A DNA stretch of 64,000 bases, from assembly GCA_044370415.1 (NCBI GenBank), contig JBILVO010000002.1, positions 14,157 to 78,156 on the forward strand, in the 5' to 3' direction. The notes under the pieces were generated by a model, which saw nothing but the letters and a program-made list of their open reading frames with translations, made no database searches and was not told where the DNA came from. A program made the translations under genes and the position numbers. This stretch comes from Pirellulales bacterium. GTDB taxonomy: Bacteria > Planctomycetota > Planctomycetia > Pirellulales > UBA1268. Every line of letters begins with the position of its first letter. Positions within the stretch are counted from its first letter, which is position 1. This document shows positions 33,245 to 42,531 of the stretch, in pieces.

Positions 33245-36004
33245 ATGACGCGCCGCCGACCGCCGGCCTTTCTTGCGGAGCTGGTGCTGGCTCTCACTGC
33301 CGTCGTCGCGGCCCTTGCAGCCCGTGCCGACGAGGGGATGTGGCTCTTCAGCCATCCGCCGCTGGAGCGGATCCACAGGGACCATGCGGCCGCGCTTGGG
33401 GGTGTGAAGCTCTCGCCCGAATGGCTCGGCCACCTGCAGCAGTCGTCGGTGCGGTTCAACTCCGGAGGCTCGGGCTCGTTCGTCTCTCCCGACGGCCTCG
33501 TGCTCACCAACCACCACGTCGGGGCCGACGCCCTGCAGAAGCTCGGCGACGCCGACCACAACTACTACCGCGACGGCTTCGCTGCGGCCACGCAGGCCGA
33601 CGAGCTCACGTGCCACGATCTCGAGCTCAACGTGCTCATGTCGATCGAGGACGTGACGGCGCGGGTGCAGGCGGCGGTGACGCCGGGGATGGATCCGCCG
33701 GCCGCGTTCGCCGCCCGCCGCAGGGTGATGGCCGAGATCGAAAAGCAGTCGCTGGCTGCCACCGGGCTGCGGAGCGATGTGGTGACGCTCCATCAGGGCG
33801 GGCTCTACCACCTCTACCGGTCGAAGAAATACACCGACGTGCGGCTCGTCTTCGCCCCCGAGCAGCAGATCGCGTTCTTCGGGGGCGACGCCGATAATTT
33901 CGAATTCCCGCGGTTCAACCTCGACGTCTGCTTCTTCCGCGCCTACGAGAACGGCGCGCCGGCGCGGGTGCCGCACCATCTCACGTGGAGCAGGCAGCCG
34001 GTCGCCGCGGGCGACCTCGTCTTCGTCTCGGGACATCCGGGCCACACGGACCGCGCAAGCACCGTGCGCGAGCTCGTCGCCATGCGGGACCGGCAGAGTC
34101 CGTTTGCGCTGTCGATGCTCAACCGGCTCGAGGTGATGCTCGGGGCCTACAGCGACGAGGGGCCGGAGGAACGCCGGCAGGCGATGGAGGATCTCTTCGG
34201 CGTGCAGAACGGCCGCAAGGCGCGGGAGGGCATTCTGGCCGGGCTGCTCGATCCGCGATTCATGAAGCGGAAGCAGGAGGCAGAGACGCGGCTGCGCGAG
34301 CGGCTGGCGAAGTCGCGGCCGGCGGGCGGCGGCTCGCCGCAGGTGTCGCCGTTCGAGCGGATCGAGCAGGCGGAGGAGCAGATCGCGAAGGTGGCGCTGC
34401 GGCACAACCTGCTCGAGGGGGCGGTCGGGTTCAACAGTCGGTATTTCTCGAACGCGCGAACGATCCTGCGGGCCGCCGCAGAGGCCGCCACGCCGAGCGG
34501 CGAACGGCTCCGCGAATACCGCGACTCCAACCGGGAGTCGCTCGAGTTCCAGCTCTTCTCCGCCGAGCCGATCCACGACGCCTTCGAGACCGTGAAGCTG
34601 GCTGACTCGCTCACGTATCTGGCCACGGCGCTGGGGCCCAACGACCCGCTCGTGCAGCGGGTGCTGGCTGGTCTGCCCCCGCGGGAGCGGGCGGCGCAGG
34701 TCGTCCGCGGCACCGGGCTGGGCACGCGAGCTGCCGAGCCGGGAGCCGCCGCTCCGGCCGACACGCGCCGGGCCCTCTACGACGGCGGCACGGCGGCGGT
34801 CGCCGCCTCGAAAGATCCGATGCTCGAACTGGCGCGGATCGTCGACGAGGAGGCGCGGTCGCTGCGGAAGGTGGTCGAGGCGGCGGGCGAGATGAAGCGG
34901 CAGGCGCACGCCGAGATCACGCAGTCCGTTTTCGCGGAGGAGGGCGAGGGCGTTTATCCCGACGCCACGTTCACGCTGCGGCTCGCCTACGGCACGGTGA
35001 AGGGCTACGAGCAGGGCGGGCGGAGCGTCGCGCCGATCACGACATATGCCGGCCTCTTCGCCCGGGCGCATGAGAAGCGGGAGGCGCCGCCGTTCGACCT
35101 GCCCGAGCGGTGGCGAAAGCTCGAGCCGGAACTCGAGCGAGACGAGGCCTTCCTGAAGACGCCGTTCAACTTCATCTCCACGGCCGACATCATCGGGGGC
35201 AACAGCGGCAGCCCGGTGGTCAACGTGGCGGGCGAGCTGGTGGGGCTGATCTTCGACGGCAACATCGAGTCGCTCGTGCTCGACCTGGCCTACGACGACG
35301 AGCGGGCCCGCGCCGTGTCGGTCGACGCCGCCGGAATCCTCGCGGCGCTCACGAAGGTCTACCGTGCCGACTGGCTCGTGAAGGAGCTGACGGCCGCCGG
35401 GGCCACGCGGGGCGCGGCCGGCGGGGAGTGGCGGTCGCTGTTCGACGGCAGGGCGCTCGGCGGCTGGCGGCCCACGGCCTTCGGCGGTGAGGGGGAGGTG
35501 GAGGTTGAGAACGGCGCCATCCGCATCGGCATGGGGGCCGACATGAGCGGCATCACCTGGACGGGCGACGTGCCGCGGCAGGGCTACGAGCTGGCGGTCG
35601 ACGCGCAGCGGGCCGACGGCAGCGACTTCTTCTGCGGGCTGACGTTTCCGGTGGGCGAGGATCCCTGCAGCCTGATCGTGGGCGGCTGGGGGGGCGGCCT
35701 CGTGGGTCTTTCGAGCATCGACGGCCAGGATGCCGCGCGGAACGACACGACGAGCTTCCACGAATTCAAGCGGGGCACGTGGTACGCGATCCGCGTCCGC
35801 GTCACCCCGGAGCGGATCGAGTGCTTCATCGACGACAAGCAGGTCGTCGATCAGCCGCTCGAGGGCCGGCGGATCTCGATCCGCGAGGAGGTGCGGGCGT
35901 CGGTGCCGTTGGGCATCGCCACCTACGCGACGACGGCACTGGTGAAGAACATCCGCTGGCGGCCGGTCGGGCCGCAGGCGGCGGGTCCGGAGAAACGGCC
36001 GTGA
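33245..36004 (+). CDS. Secreted S46-family (DPP7/DPP11-like) serine peptidase fused to a C-terminal DUF1080/LamG-like domain
   Basis: ATG at 33245 gives the signal MTRRRPPAFLAELVLALTAVVAALAARADEGMW. S46 marks: DEGMW, SGGSGSFVSPDGLVLTNHHV (His) and IIGGNSGSPVVN (Ser). The last ~190 aa (WRSLFDGRALGGWR...GTWYAIRVRV...VKNIRWRP) look like a DUF1080 domain. Confidence 0.8.
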   Translation: MTRRRPPAFLAELVLALTAVVAALAARADEGMWLFSHPPLERIHRDHAAALGGVKLSPEWLGHLQQSSVRFNSGGSGSFVSPDGLVLTNHHVGADALQKLGDADHNYYRDGFAAATQADELTCHDLELNVLMSIEDVTARVQAAVTPGMDPPAAFAARRRVMAEIEKQSLAATGLRSDVVTLHQGGLYHLYRSKKYTDVRLVFAPEQQIAFFGGDADNFEFPRFNLDVCFFRAYENGAPARVPHHLTWSRQPVAAGDLVFVSGHPGHTDRASTVRELVAMRDRQSPFALSMLNRLEVMLGAYSDEGPEERRQAMEDLFGVQNGRKAREGILAGLLDPRFMKRKQEAETRLRERLAKSRPAGGGSPQVSPFERIEQAEEQIAKVALRHNLLEGAVGFNSRYFSNARTILRAAAEAATPSGERLREYRDSNRESLEFQLFSAEPIHDAFETVKLADSLTYLATALGPNDPLVQRVLAGLPPRERAAQVVRGTGLGTRAAEPGAAAPADTRRALYDGGTAAVAASKDPMLELARIVDEEARSLRKVVEAAGEMKRQAHAEITQSVFAEEGEGVYPDATFTLRLAYGTVKGYEQGGRSVAPITTYAGLFARAHEKREAPPFDLPERWRKLEPELERDEAFLKTPFNFISTADIIGGNSGSPVVNVAGELVGLIFDGNIESLVLDLAYDDERARAVSVDAAGILAALTKVYRADWLVKELTAAGATRGAAGGEWRSLFDGRALGGWRPTAFGGEGEVEVENGAIRIGMGADMSGITWTGDVPRQGYELAVDAQRADGSDFFCGLTFPVGEDPCSLIVGGWGGGLVGLSSIDGQDAARNDTTSFHEFKRGTWYAIRVRVTPERIECFIDDKQVVDQPLEGRRISIREEVRASVPLGIATYATTALVKNIRWRPVGPQAAGPEKRP

Positions 36005-36792
36005 CGGCGACGCCCTCCGACGGTGGTGACGACAAGCTCCGCCGCCGGATCGCGGAGGAGGCGGCCCGGATGGTGGCCGGCGGCGGCGATTCGGCGCGGG
36101 CGCGGTTTCGCGCGGCCCGCCGCGTGGCCCGCGGCTGGGTGCCCGAGGAGCGGCTGCCGAGCCACGAGGAGATCCGTCGCGAGGTGAACCGGGAGACCGC
36201 TCCATCCGCCGGGCTCGCGCACTTGGGCGGCGACCGGTTCGACCGGATCGCCGACATCGTGCGGGTGCTCGAGACGGTGAAGCAGGATCCGGTCAGGCAT
36301 CCCGAGGGGGACGTGCTCGAGCACACGCTGCAGGTCTTCGACCGGGTGCACGAGGAGCGGCCGTTCGACGAGGAGCTGCTCACGGCGGCGCTCGTCCACG
36401 ACGTGGGGCGGGCGATCGACCGGGCCGATCCGGTGGCGGCGGGGCTCGATGCGCTCGGCGACCTGATCACGCCGCGGACCGGCTGGCTCGTCGAGTCGCT
36501 GGCGGCGGCCGCCGCCTACGGCGACCAGTCGCTCGGCGCGCGGGCCAGGCAGCGGCTCGAGGCCCATCCCGACTTTCTCGACGTGCTGCTGCTCGCCGAG
36601 AGCGATCGCAAGGCCTGCGTCCGCGGCTACGCCGCGCCGTCGCTCGAGGAGGCGATCGCGATTCTGCGGGCGCTCGACGCCGACGGCGGGGACGACGACG
36701 AGTATGTCGGCGACGAGGATGTCGACGACGAGGATGTCGGCGACGACATCGACGAGAATCGCTCCGCGTCCGGAGACACGCCAGCCCCATGA
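36001..36792 (+). CDS. HD-domain protein with acidic C-terminal tail
   Basis: GTG at 36001 overlaps the S46 stop (GTGA) and is in frame with ORF 35779..36792. HD motifs: HPEGDVLEHTLQVF...ALVHDVGRA. The C-terminus is D/E-rich (DDDEYVGDEDVDDEDVGDD). Confidence 0.7.
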   Translation: MTATPSDGGDDKLRRRIAEEAARMVAGGGDSARARFRAARRVARGWVPEERLPSHEEIRREVNRETAPSAGLAHLGGDRFDRIADIVRVLETVKQDPVRHPEGDVLEHTLQVFDRVHEERPFDEELLTAALVHDVGRAIDRADPVAAGLDALGDLITPRTGWLVESLAAAAAYGDQSLGARARQRLEAHPDFLDVLLLAESDRKACVRGYAAPSLEEAIAILRALDADGGDDDEYVGDEDVDDEDVGDDIDENRSASGDTPAP

Positions 36793-37952
36793 GGACGCCC
36801 GCCACGATCTTCGAGAATCATCTCCCGCGGCGGGTCGTGACCGGCCGGGCCGCGGCCCGCACGCTGGCGACGCTCTGCGGCGACCGCGGCTGGCGCCGGG
36901 TGGCGGTCTGCAGCGATCCGGGCGTCGTCGCGGCCGGCATCCTGCCGCGGGTGCTCGAGCCGCTCCATCAGGCCGGGCTCGTCGCCGACGTCCTGACCGA
37001 CATCCCGGCGGAGCCGCCGCTGGCCGCCGTCGATGCCCTCGCAGCCCGGATTGTGGACTGCTCCGCCGATGTCGTGGTGGCCGTCGGCGGTGGCAGCGTG
37101 ATGGACGCCGCGAAGGTGGCGGCCGTCTCCGCGCGGCACGGCCGGCCGGTGGCCGACTTCGTCGGGATCGGCCGGACGGGTGGCCGCGGGCTGCCCACGG
37201 TGCTCGTCCCCACCACCGCCGGCACCGGCTCCGAGGCGACGTTCGTGGCGATCCTCACCGATGCGGCCAGCGGGATGAAGGTGGGCGTGGTCGATCCGCA
37301 CCTCCTGGCGGACGTCGCCGTTGTCGATCCGGAACTCACCGACGGTCTGCCGGCGGAGATCACCGCCGCGACCGGCATGGACGCGGTCGTGCACGCGATC
37401 GAGGGCTTCATCGCCACGGTGTCCACACCGTTGGCCCGCGGCCTGGCGATCGAGGCCGCGCGGCAACTTGGCGGCGGGCTCGAGGCAGCATGCCGCGACG
37501 GCCGCGACACGGGGGCCCGCGATCGGATGGCCGTGGGGGCGCACCTGGCGGGGATGGCGTTCGCCAATTCCTCGTGCTGCGCGGTGCACGCGCTGGCGAT
37601 GCCGTTGGGGGGCCGCTTCCACATCCCGCACGGGGTGATCACCGGCTGCTTCGCGGCCGCGGTCATGCGGCACAACGCGCCGGCCTGCGCAGCCGACTTC
37701 GCAACGCTCGGCGAGGCGCTCGGCTGGGGCCGCACGCCGGCGGCCGAGTTCGCCGACCGGCTCGACGCGCTGGCCGGCCGCATCGGCCTCGTCGCCCAGC
37801 TGCGGCGTGTCTGCGTGCCCGACGACGCGATCACGGCGCTGGCCCGCGACGCCGTCGCCGTCCGCCGGCTCATGGATCCGAATCCGCGGCCCGTCACCGA
37901 GGCCGACGCCGTGCGGATCTACCGTGCGGTGCTCGCGCCGGCCGGAGCCTGA
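36789..37952 (+). CDS. Iron-containing (group III) alcohol dehydrogenase
   Basis: ATG overlaps the previous stop (ATGA). Motifs VVAVGGGSVMDAAK, LVPTTAGTGSE, and metal-binding His contexts (AVVHAIE, CCAVHALAMPLGGRFHIPHG). Confidence 0.9.
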   Translation: MRTPATIFENHLPRRVVTGRAAARTLATLCGDRGWRRVAVCSDPGVVAAGILPRVLEPLHQAGLVADVLTDIPAEPPLAAVDALAARIVDCSADVVVAVGGGSVMDAAKVAAVSARHGRPVADFVGIGRTGGRGLPTVLVPTTAGTGSEATFVAILTDAASGMKVGVVDPHLLADVAVVDPELTDGLPAEITAATGMDAVVHAIEGFIATVSTPLARGLAIEAARQLGGGLEAACRDGRDTGARDRMAVGAHLAGMAFANSSCCAVHALAMPLGGRFHIPHGVITGCFAAAVMRHNAPACAADFATLGEALGWGRTPAAEFADRLDALAGRIGLVAQLRRVCVPDDAITALARDAVAVRRLMDPNPRPVTEADAVRIYRAVLAPAGA

Positions 37953-37989
37953 GGGGACGACGGCCGTACCGCGGCCCGGGAGCAGACGC

Positions 37990-39459
37990 ATGAAGACGAT
38001 CCCGACGTTCTGGTTCGAGCCCCGGCCCTGGATCGACGGCCGCTGGCAGGGAGGAGACGAGGCGTTTGCCGTCATCGATCCGGCCACCGGTGCCGTGATC
38101 GCCGAGGTGGTGCGGGCCGATGCCGCCGCTGTGGAACGGGCGATCGCGGGCGCGGCCGCAGCGCAGCGCGGGTGGCGACATGTGTCGGCGGCCGACCGGG
38201 GGGCCGTGCTCGTGCGGACGGCGGCGGCGCTCCGCCACCGCAAGGACGAGTTCGCCCGGCTGCTCACCGCAGAGCAGGGCAAGCCGTATCCGCAGGCGGT
38301 CGGCGAGGTGGAGTATGCCGCGAGCTTCTTCCAGTGGTTCGGCGAGGAGGCGCGGCGGGTGTCGGGCCGGATCGTGCCGCACCCGGAGGCGGGCCGCGAA
38401 TTTTTCGTGGAGCGGGTGCCGGCGGGCGTGGCGGGGCTGATCACGCCCTGGAACTTTCCGCTGGCGCAAGGGGCAAAGAAGATGGCCGCGGCGCTGGCGG
38501 CGGGCTGCGCGGCGGTGTGGAAGCCGGCCGAGCTCACCCCGCTGGTGGCGCTGGCCATGGCGCCGGTGCTGGCCGAGGCGGGCCTGCCCGCGGGCGTGCT
38601 GCAGATCGTGCCGGGCCGCGGCAGCGTCGTCGGAGCGGTGCTGGCCGCCCACCCGGCCGTCCGCGTGCTGAGCCTCACCGGCTCCACGGCGACGGGCGCG
38701 GCGCTCATGGCCGGTGCCGCGCCGGGCATCAAGCGGGTGTCGCTCGAGCTCGGCGGCAACGCGGCCTTCATCGTGCTCCCCGACGCCGATCTCGACCATG
38801 CGGCCGACGAGCTCGTGCGGATGAAGCTCTTCGTGTCGGGGCAGGTCTGCGTGACTGCCAACCGCGTCTTCGTGCCGGCGGCCGTCGAGGAGTCCTTTGC
38901 TGCGCTGGTCGCGGCGCGGCTCGCGGCCGCCCGCGTGGGCAACGGCCTGGCCGACGGCGTCGACGCGGGCCCGCTCATCCACCGCGAGGCCTGCCGCGAC
39001 GTGGGGGTGCTCGTGCACGACGCCGTGGCCGCTGGCGCGCGGATCGTCGCCGAGAACAGGAGCTACGAGGCCGATGCATCACTGTCGCAGGGAAGCTTTT
39101 TTTCGCCGACGCTGCTCGTGGGCGTCCGCGACACGATGCGGCTGGCCCGCGAGGAGATCTTTGGGCCGGTGATCCCACTCCTGTCGTACGAGCGGGTCTC
39201 CGAGGCGGTGGCCCGGGCCAACGACACGCCCTTCGGCCTCGCGTCGTACGTCTACGGCCGCGACCTCTCCGCGTGCCGCGCGGTGGCGGAGCGGCTCGAG
39301 GCGGGCATCATCGGCGTCAACGAATGGCGGCCGCTGAAGGCGGAGATTCCGTTCGGCGGCGTGAAGACCAGCGGCATCGGCGCGGAGGGGGGAGAGGAGG
39401 GGATCCGCGAGTTCCTCGACACCCGGGTGATCTCGCTGCCGCGGCCGCAGCTGCCGTGA
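37990..39459 (+). CDS. NAD(P)-dependent aldehyde dehydrogenase (succinate-semialdehyde dehydrogenase/GabD-like)
   Basis: ATG at 37990 in ORF 37807..39459. Motifs EQGKPYPQAVGEVEYAASFFQWF, ITPWNFP, WKPAELTP, SLTGST, LELGGNA, catalytic Cys in GQVCVTANR, and EEIFGPV. These align closely with my memory of E. coli GabD. Confidence 0.9.
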   Translation: MKTIPTFWFEPRPWIDGRWQGGDEAFAVIDPATGAVIAEVVRADAAAVERAIAGAAAAQRGWRHVSAADRGAVLVRTAAALRHRKDEFARLLTAEQGKPYPQAVGEVEYAASFFQWFGEEARRVSGRIVPHPEAGREFFVERVPAGVAGLITPWNFPLAQGAKKMAAALAAGCAAVWKPAELTPLVALAMAPVLAEAGLPAGVLQIVPGRGSVVGAVLAAHPAVRVLSLTGSTATGAALMAGAAPGIKRVSLELGGNAAFIVLPDADLDHAADELVRMKLFVSGQVCVTANRVFVPAAVEESFAALVAARLAAARVGNGLADGVDAGPLIHREACRDVGVLVHDAVAAGARIVAENRSYEADASLSQGSFFSPTLLVGVRDTMRLAREEIFGPVIPLLSYERVSEAVARANDTPFGLASYVYGRDLSACRAVAERLEAGIIGVNEWRPLKAEIPFGGVKTSGIGAEGGEEGIREFLDTRVISLPRPQLP

Positions 39460-39547
39460 GTGTGGCGGCGGCCCCTTGGCATGGCCGCAGGCCGCGGCGA
39501 CACTGGTCGCCACGACCGCAGATCTGCTCCCCCGTCAGGATCATCAC

Positions 39548-40303
39548 ATGCCGCTTCCGCTCGCCGAACTCCTGCAGCTCTCCCGCTGGAACACGCCCAC
39601 GATCTGCAACGGCTGGGAGCAGATCACCTCCCACGACATCGCCAACGACGGCTTCAACCTGGAGGAGACCCGCGACTTCATGCCGCAGATGGGCCCGATG
39701 GCGGGCTACGCCGTCACGCTCGTCATCGAGCCGTCGGCGAAGGCCCACAAGCAGGCGCATAAGAGCAACGCCTCGGCGTGGGACGACTACCGCGGCTACA
39801 TCGGCAGCGTGGCCGGCCCGAAGATCGTCGTCGTGCAGGACCTCGACAAGCCGCGGGTCGTTGGCTCGTTCTGGGGCGAGGTCAACGCCAACGTGCATCG
39901 GGCGCTGGGCTGCGTCGGCACGATCACCGACGGCGCGATCCGCGACGTCGACGAGATGACGGCGGCCGGCTTCAAGGCGATCGCCCGGCGGCTCTGCGTC
40001 AGCCACGCCAACGTCGTGCCGGTGCGGTGGGGTGTGCCGGTGACCGTGTTCGGCCGCGAGGTGCGGCCGGGGCAGCTTGTGCATGCCGACAAGCACGGGT
40101 TCCTCGCCGTTCCGCCCGAGGACGAGCCGCGGCTGCTGGCGGCCGCGTCGTTCATGGACGCCAACGAGTGCCGCACGGTGATCGAGGCGGCCCGCGGCAC
40201 CAGCGGTATGTCGGCGGCGGAGATCGTGGCCGGGCTCAACGCGGCGTCGCAGCGGTTTCGTGAGGCTGCCCAGCGGGAGTTCCGCCGCGGCGGCGAGTGG
40301 TGA
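39548..40303 (+). CDS. RraA-family protein (RraA / HMG-aldolase / oxaloacetate decarboxylase fold)
   Basis: ATG at 39548 (MPLPLAELLQLSRWNTPTICNGWE) within ORF 39476..40303. Motifs GSFWGEVNANVHRALGCVGTITDGAIRD and VHADKHGFL. Confidence 0.75.
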   Translation: MPLPLAELLQLSRWNTPTICNGWEQITSHDIANDGFNLEETRDFMPQMGPMAGYAVTLVIEPSAKAHKQAHKSNASAWDDYRGYIGSVAGPKIVVVQDLDKPRVVGSFWGEVNANVHRALGCVGTITDGAIRDVDEMTAAGFKAIARRLCVSHANVVPVRWGVPVTVFGREVRPGQLVHADKHGFLAVPPEDEPRLLAAASFMDANECRTVIEAARGTSGMSAAEIVAGLNAASQRFREAAQREFRRGGEW

Positions 40304-40392
40304 CGTCGGTGTCGTGTCGGCCTGGGCGGCCTGCGCGGTTGCGTCTGCTGCATGCGGGCGATGGCGTGGTGTGCGTGACCAAGGAGTTTTCA

Positions 40393-42495
40393 ATGGCGAT
40401 GCAACGCGGCCGCGCTCTGGCACATACGACACGCCTGGTGAGCGGTGTGGCGCTCGTGGCGATGTTCGGCCTCTGGTCGCCGGGCCGCGCCGACGGTCCG
40501 GCCGACAACCTGCCCGACAACGTGCGGCCGATTCCGCCGGTGGGCATCGAGCTGGATGACAGCGTGCAGCAGCGGCTGCTCAGCGGGGCGGAGGCGATTG
40601 TCCGCGACGTCGAGGCGGTCGCGGCCGCCGACGGGGCCGACCGGGCCGAGGTGCTCGTGTTCGCCCGGGCCGTGCGGCTCGCGGTGGAGGATCGGTTTCT
40701 CTACTCGCCACAGGAGGTCGCCCTGGCGGAGCAGCTGCTGGAGCGCGGCCGGCAGCGGCTGGGGCTGCTCGCTGCGGGCAAGCGAGGGGTGACGCTTCTC
40801 GAGGCAGCGGCGCCGTCTCCGGCGCAGCCAGGGCAGCCGCTGCTCGCGGTGGGCGGGTTCCGGTCGCTGATCGACGGCTCGATCCAACCCTACGGCCTCG
40901 TCCTGCCGGCGGAGTTCGACCCTGCCGACCGGACGCCCCGTCGGCTCGACGTCTGGCTGCACGGCCGCGGCGAGAAGATGAGCGAGGTCGCGTTTCTCGC
41001 GCAGCGGCAGAAGAACGTGGGCGAGATCGCTCCGCCCGACACGATCGTGCTCCACCCCTACGGCAGGTATTCGAACGCCTTCAAGTTCGCCGGCGAGGTC
41101 GACGTGCTCGAGGCGATCGCGCACGTGCGAGCGCTCCTTCCGGTCGACGACCGGCGGATCACCATCCGCGGCTTCTCGATGGGGGGAGCGGGCTGCTGGC
41201 AGCTGGCCGTCCACCATCCCGGGGCGTGGATGGCAGCAACACCCGGCGCTGGGTTCAGCGAGACCAGCGATTTCCTCCGCGTGTTTCAGCAGGAGGAGTT
41301 TCATGCCACGGAGGCACAGCGCCGGCTGCTGCAGTGGTACGACTGCCCCGATTGGGCCGACAACCTGCGCACGCTCCCCACGGTCGCCTACAGCGGCCAG
41401 CTCGACGTGCAGAAACAGGCCGCTGACATGATGGTCGCCGCCTGCAAGGCCCGCGGCTTCGAGATGCCGCACGTGATCGGCCCGCAGACTGCGCACAAGA
41501 TCCATCCCGACTCGAAGGCCGAGATCGAGGCGTTTCTCGCGCGGCAGGCGGAGCAGGGGCGGCCCGACGTGCCGCGGGAGATCGACTTCACCACCTACAC
41601 GCTCCGCTATCCCTCGCGGGCGTGGCTCACCGTCACGGGGCTCGGCGAGCACTGGCGGGAGGCGCGGGTGCAGGCCGTGATCCGGTCGCCGGCCGCGATC
41701 GAGGTTTCGACCCGCAACGTGACGGGCATGTCGATCGACATCCCGGCCGCCGCGTCGATCGTCGACGCCGGCCGGCCGGTCGAACTGCGCGTGGACGGGA
41801 CTGTCATCACGGTGCCACCACGGGCCGGGCCGCGGTGGCAGCTGGCTCTCGACCGTGCGCCGTCGGGCTGGCGGCTCGACGACGGGGCGGCGGCGGCCGG
41901 ATTGCGAAAGCGGACGGGACTGCAGGGGCCGATCGACGATGCGTTCATGGATGCCTTTCTGTTCGTCGGTCCGGAGCCGGGCCGGGAAGGGGTATCCGCC
42001 GTGGACCGCTGGGTCGCCGAGGAGTTCATGCGGGCGAAGCGGGAGTGGCGGCGGCACTTCCGGGGCGACGTGGTGGAGCGGCGGGCGGCCGACGTGACGC
42101 CTGAGGAGATCGCCACGCGAAACCTCGTCCTCTTCGGCACGCCCACCTCGAACCCGCTCGTCGCCCGCGTGCTGCCGCAGCTTCCGGTCGTGGAGCGTGA
42201 TGGACACTGGGTGATCGGTTCCGGGCGGGCGGCCGTGGGCGAGAGCGTGCCCGTGCTCGTGTTCCCCAATCCGCTCGCGTCCGACCGCTACGTCGTGCTC
42301 AACAGCGGGTTCACGTTTCGCGACTACGCCTACCTCAACAACGCGCGGCAGGTCCCGATGCTGCCCGACTGGGCGCTGGTGAGCGTGACGGGCGGCCGCG
42401 GCTCGCAGCTGCCGGGCACGGTCCTCGCGGAGGGCTTCTTCGACGAGCGGTGGCAGCCGACGGCCACAGCCACATGGGTGCGCGCGGCAAAGTGA
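40393..42495 (+). CDS. Secreted alpha/beta-hydrolase (S9 prolyl-oligopeptidase/esterase-like)
   Basis: ATG at 40393 lies 7 nt after AAGGAG. It has a signal-like N-terminus (LVSGVALVAMFGLWSPGRADG) and the nucleophile elbow GFSMGGAG. Confidence 0.75.
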   Translation: MAMQRGRALAHTTRLVSGVALVAMFGLWSPGRADGPADNLPDNVRPIPPVGIELDDSVQQRLLSGAEAIVRDVEAVAAADGADRAEVLVFARAVRLAVEDRFLYSPQEVALAEQLLERGRQRLGLLAAGKRGVTLLEAAAPSPAQPGQPLLAVGGFRSLIDGSIQPYGLVLPAEFDPADRTPRRLDVWLHGRGEKMSEVAFLAQRQKNVGEIAPPDTIVLHPYGRYSNAFKFAGEVDVLEAIAHVRALLPVDDRRITIRGFSMGGAGCWQLAVHHPGAWMAATPGAGFSETSDFLRVFQQEEFHATEAQRRLLQWYDCPDWADNLRTLPTVAYSGQLDVQKQAADMMVAACKARGFEMPHVIGPQTAHKIHPDSKAEIEAFLARQAEQGRPDVPREIDFTTYTLRYPSRAWLTVTGLGEHWREARVQAVIRSPAAIEVSTRNVTGMSIDIPAAASIVDAGRPVELRVDGTVITVPPRAGPRWQLALDRAPSGWRLDDGAAAAGLRKRTGLQGPIDDAFMDAFLFVGPEPGREGVSAVDRWVAEEFMRAKREWRRHFRGDVVERRAADVTPEEIATRNLVLFGTPTSNPLVARVLPQLPVVERDGHWVIGSGRAAVGESVPVLVFPNPLASDRYVVLNSGFTFRDYAYLNNARQVPMLPDWALVSVTGGRGSQLPGTVLAEGFFDERWQPTATATWVRAAK

Positions 42496-42531
42496 GCCGC
42501 GGCGCCGGGCGTGTTCACGGCACGGTGTCTG

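Noticed and set aside
35779-36000. 5' extension of the HD-domain ORF (track start 35779), overlapping the S46 gene by 226 nt
   Set aside because: The extension is Arg/Gly/Pro/Ala junk read out of frame from the S46 C-terminal domain. The in-frame GTG at 36001 forms a GTGA overlap with the S46 stop and marks where protein-like sequence begins.
33098-36205. 1035-aa minus-strand ORF opposite the S46 peptidase gene
   Set aside because: The reasoning is the same: it has antisense-shadow composition, and the plus strand has S46 catalytic motifs and a signal peptide.
38012-38022. GGTTCGAGCCC, resembling a tRNA T-arm/T-loop
   Set aside because: It lies inside the ALDH coding sequence (codons for FWFEPRP). 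No acceptor or anticodon arms can be folded around it. I found no tRNA-like structure in any intergenic region.
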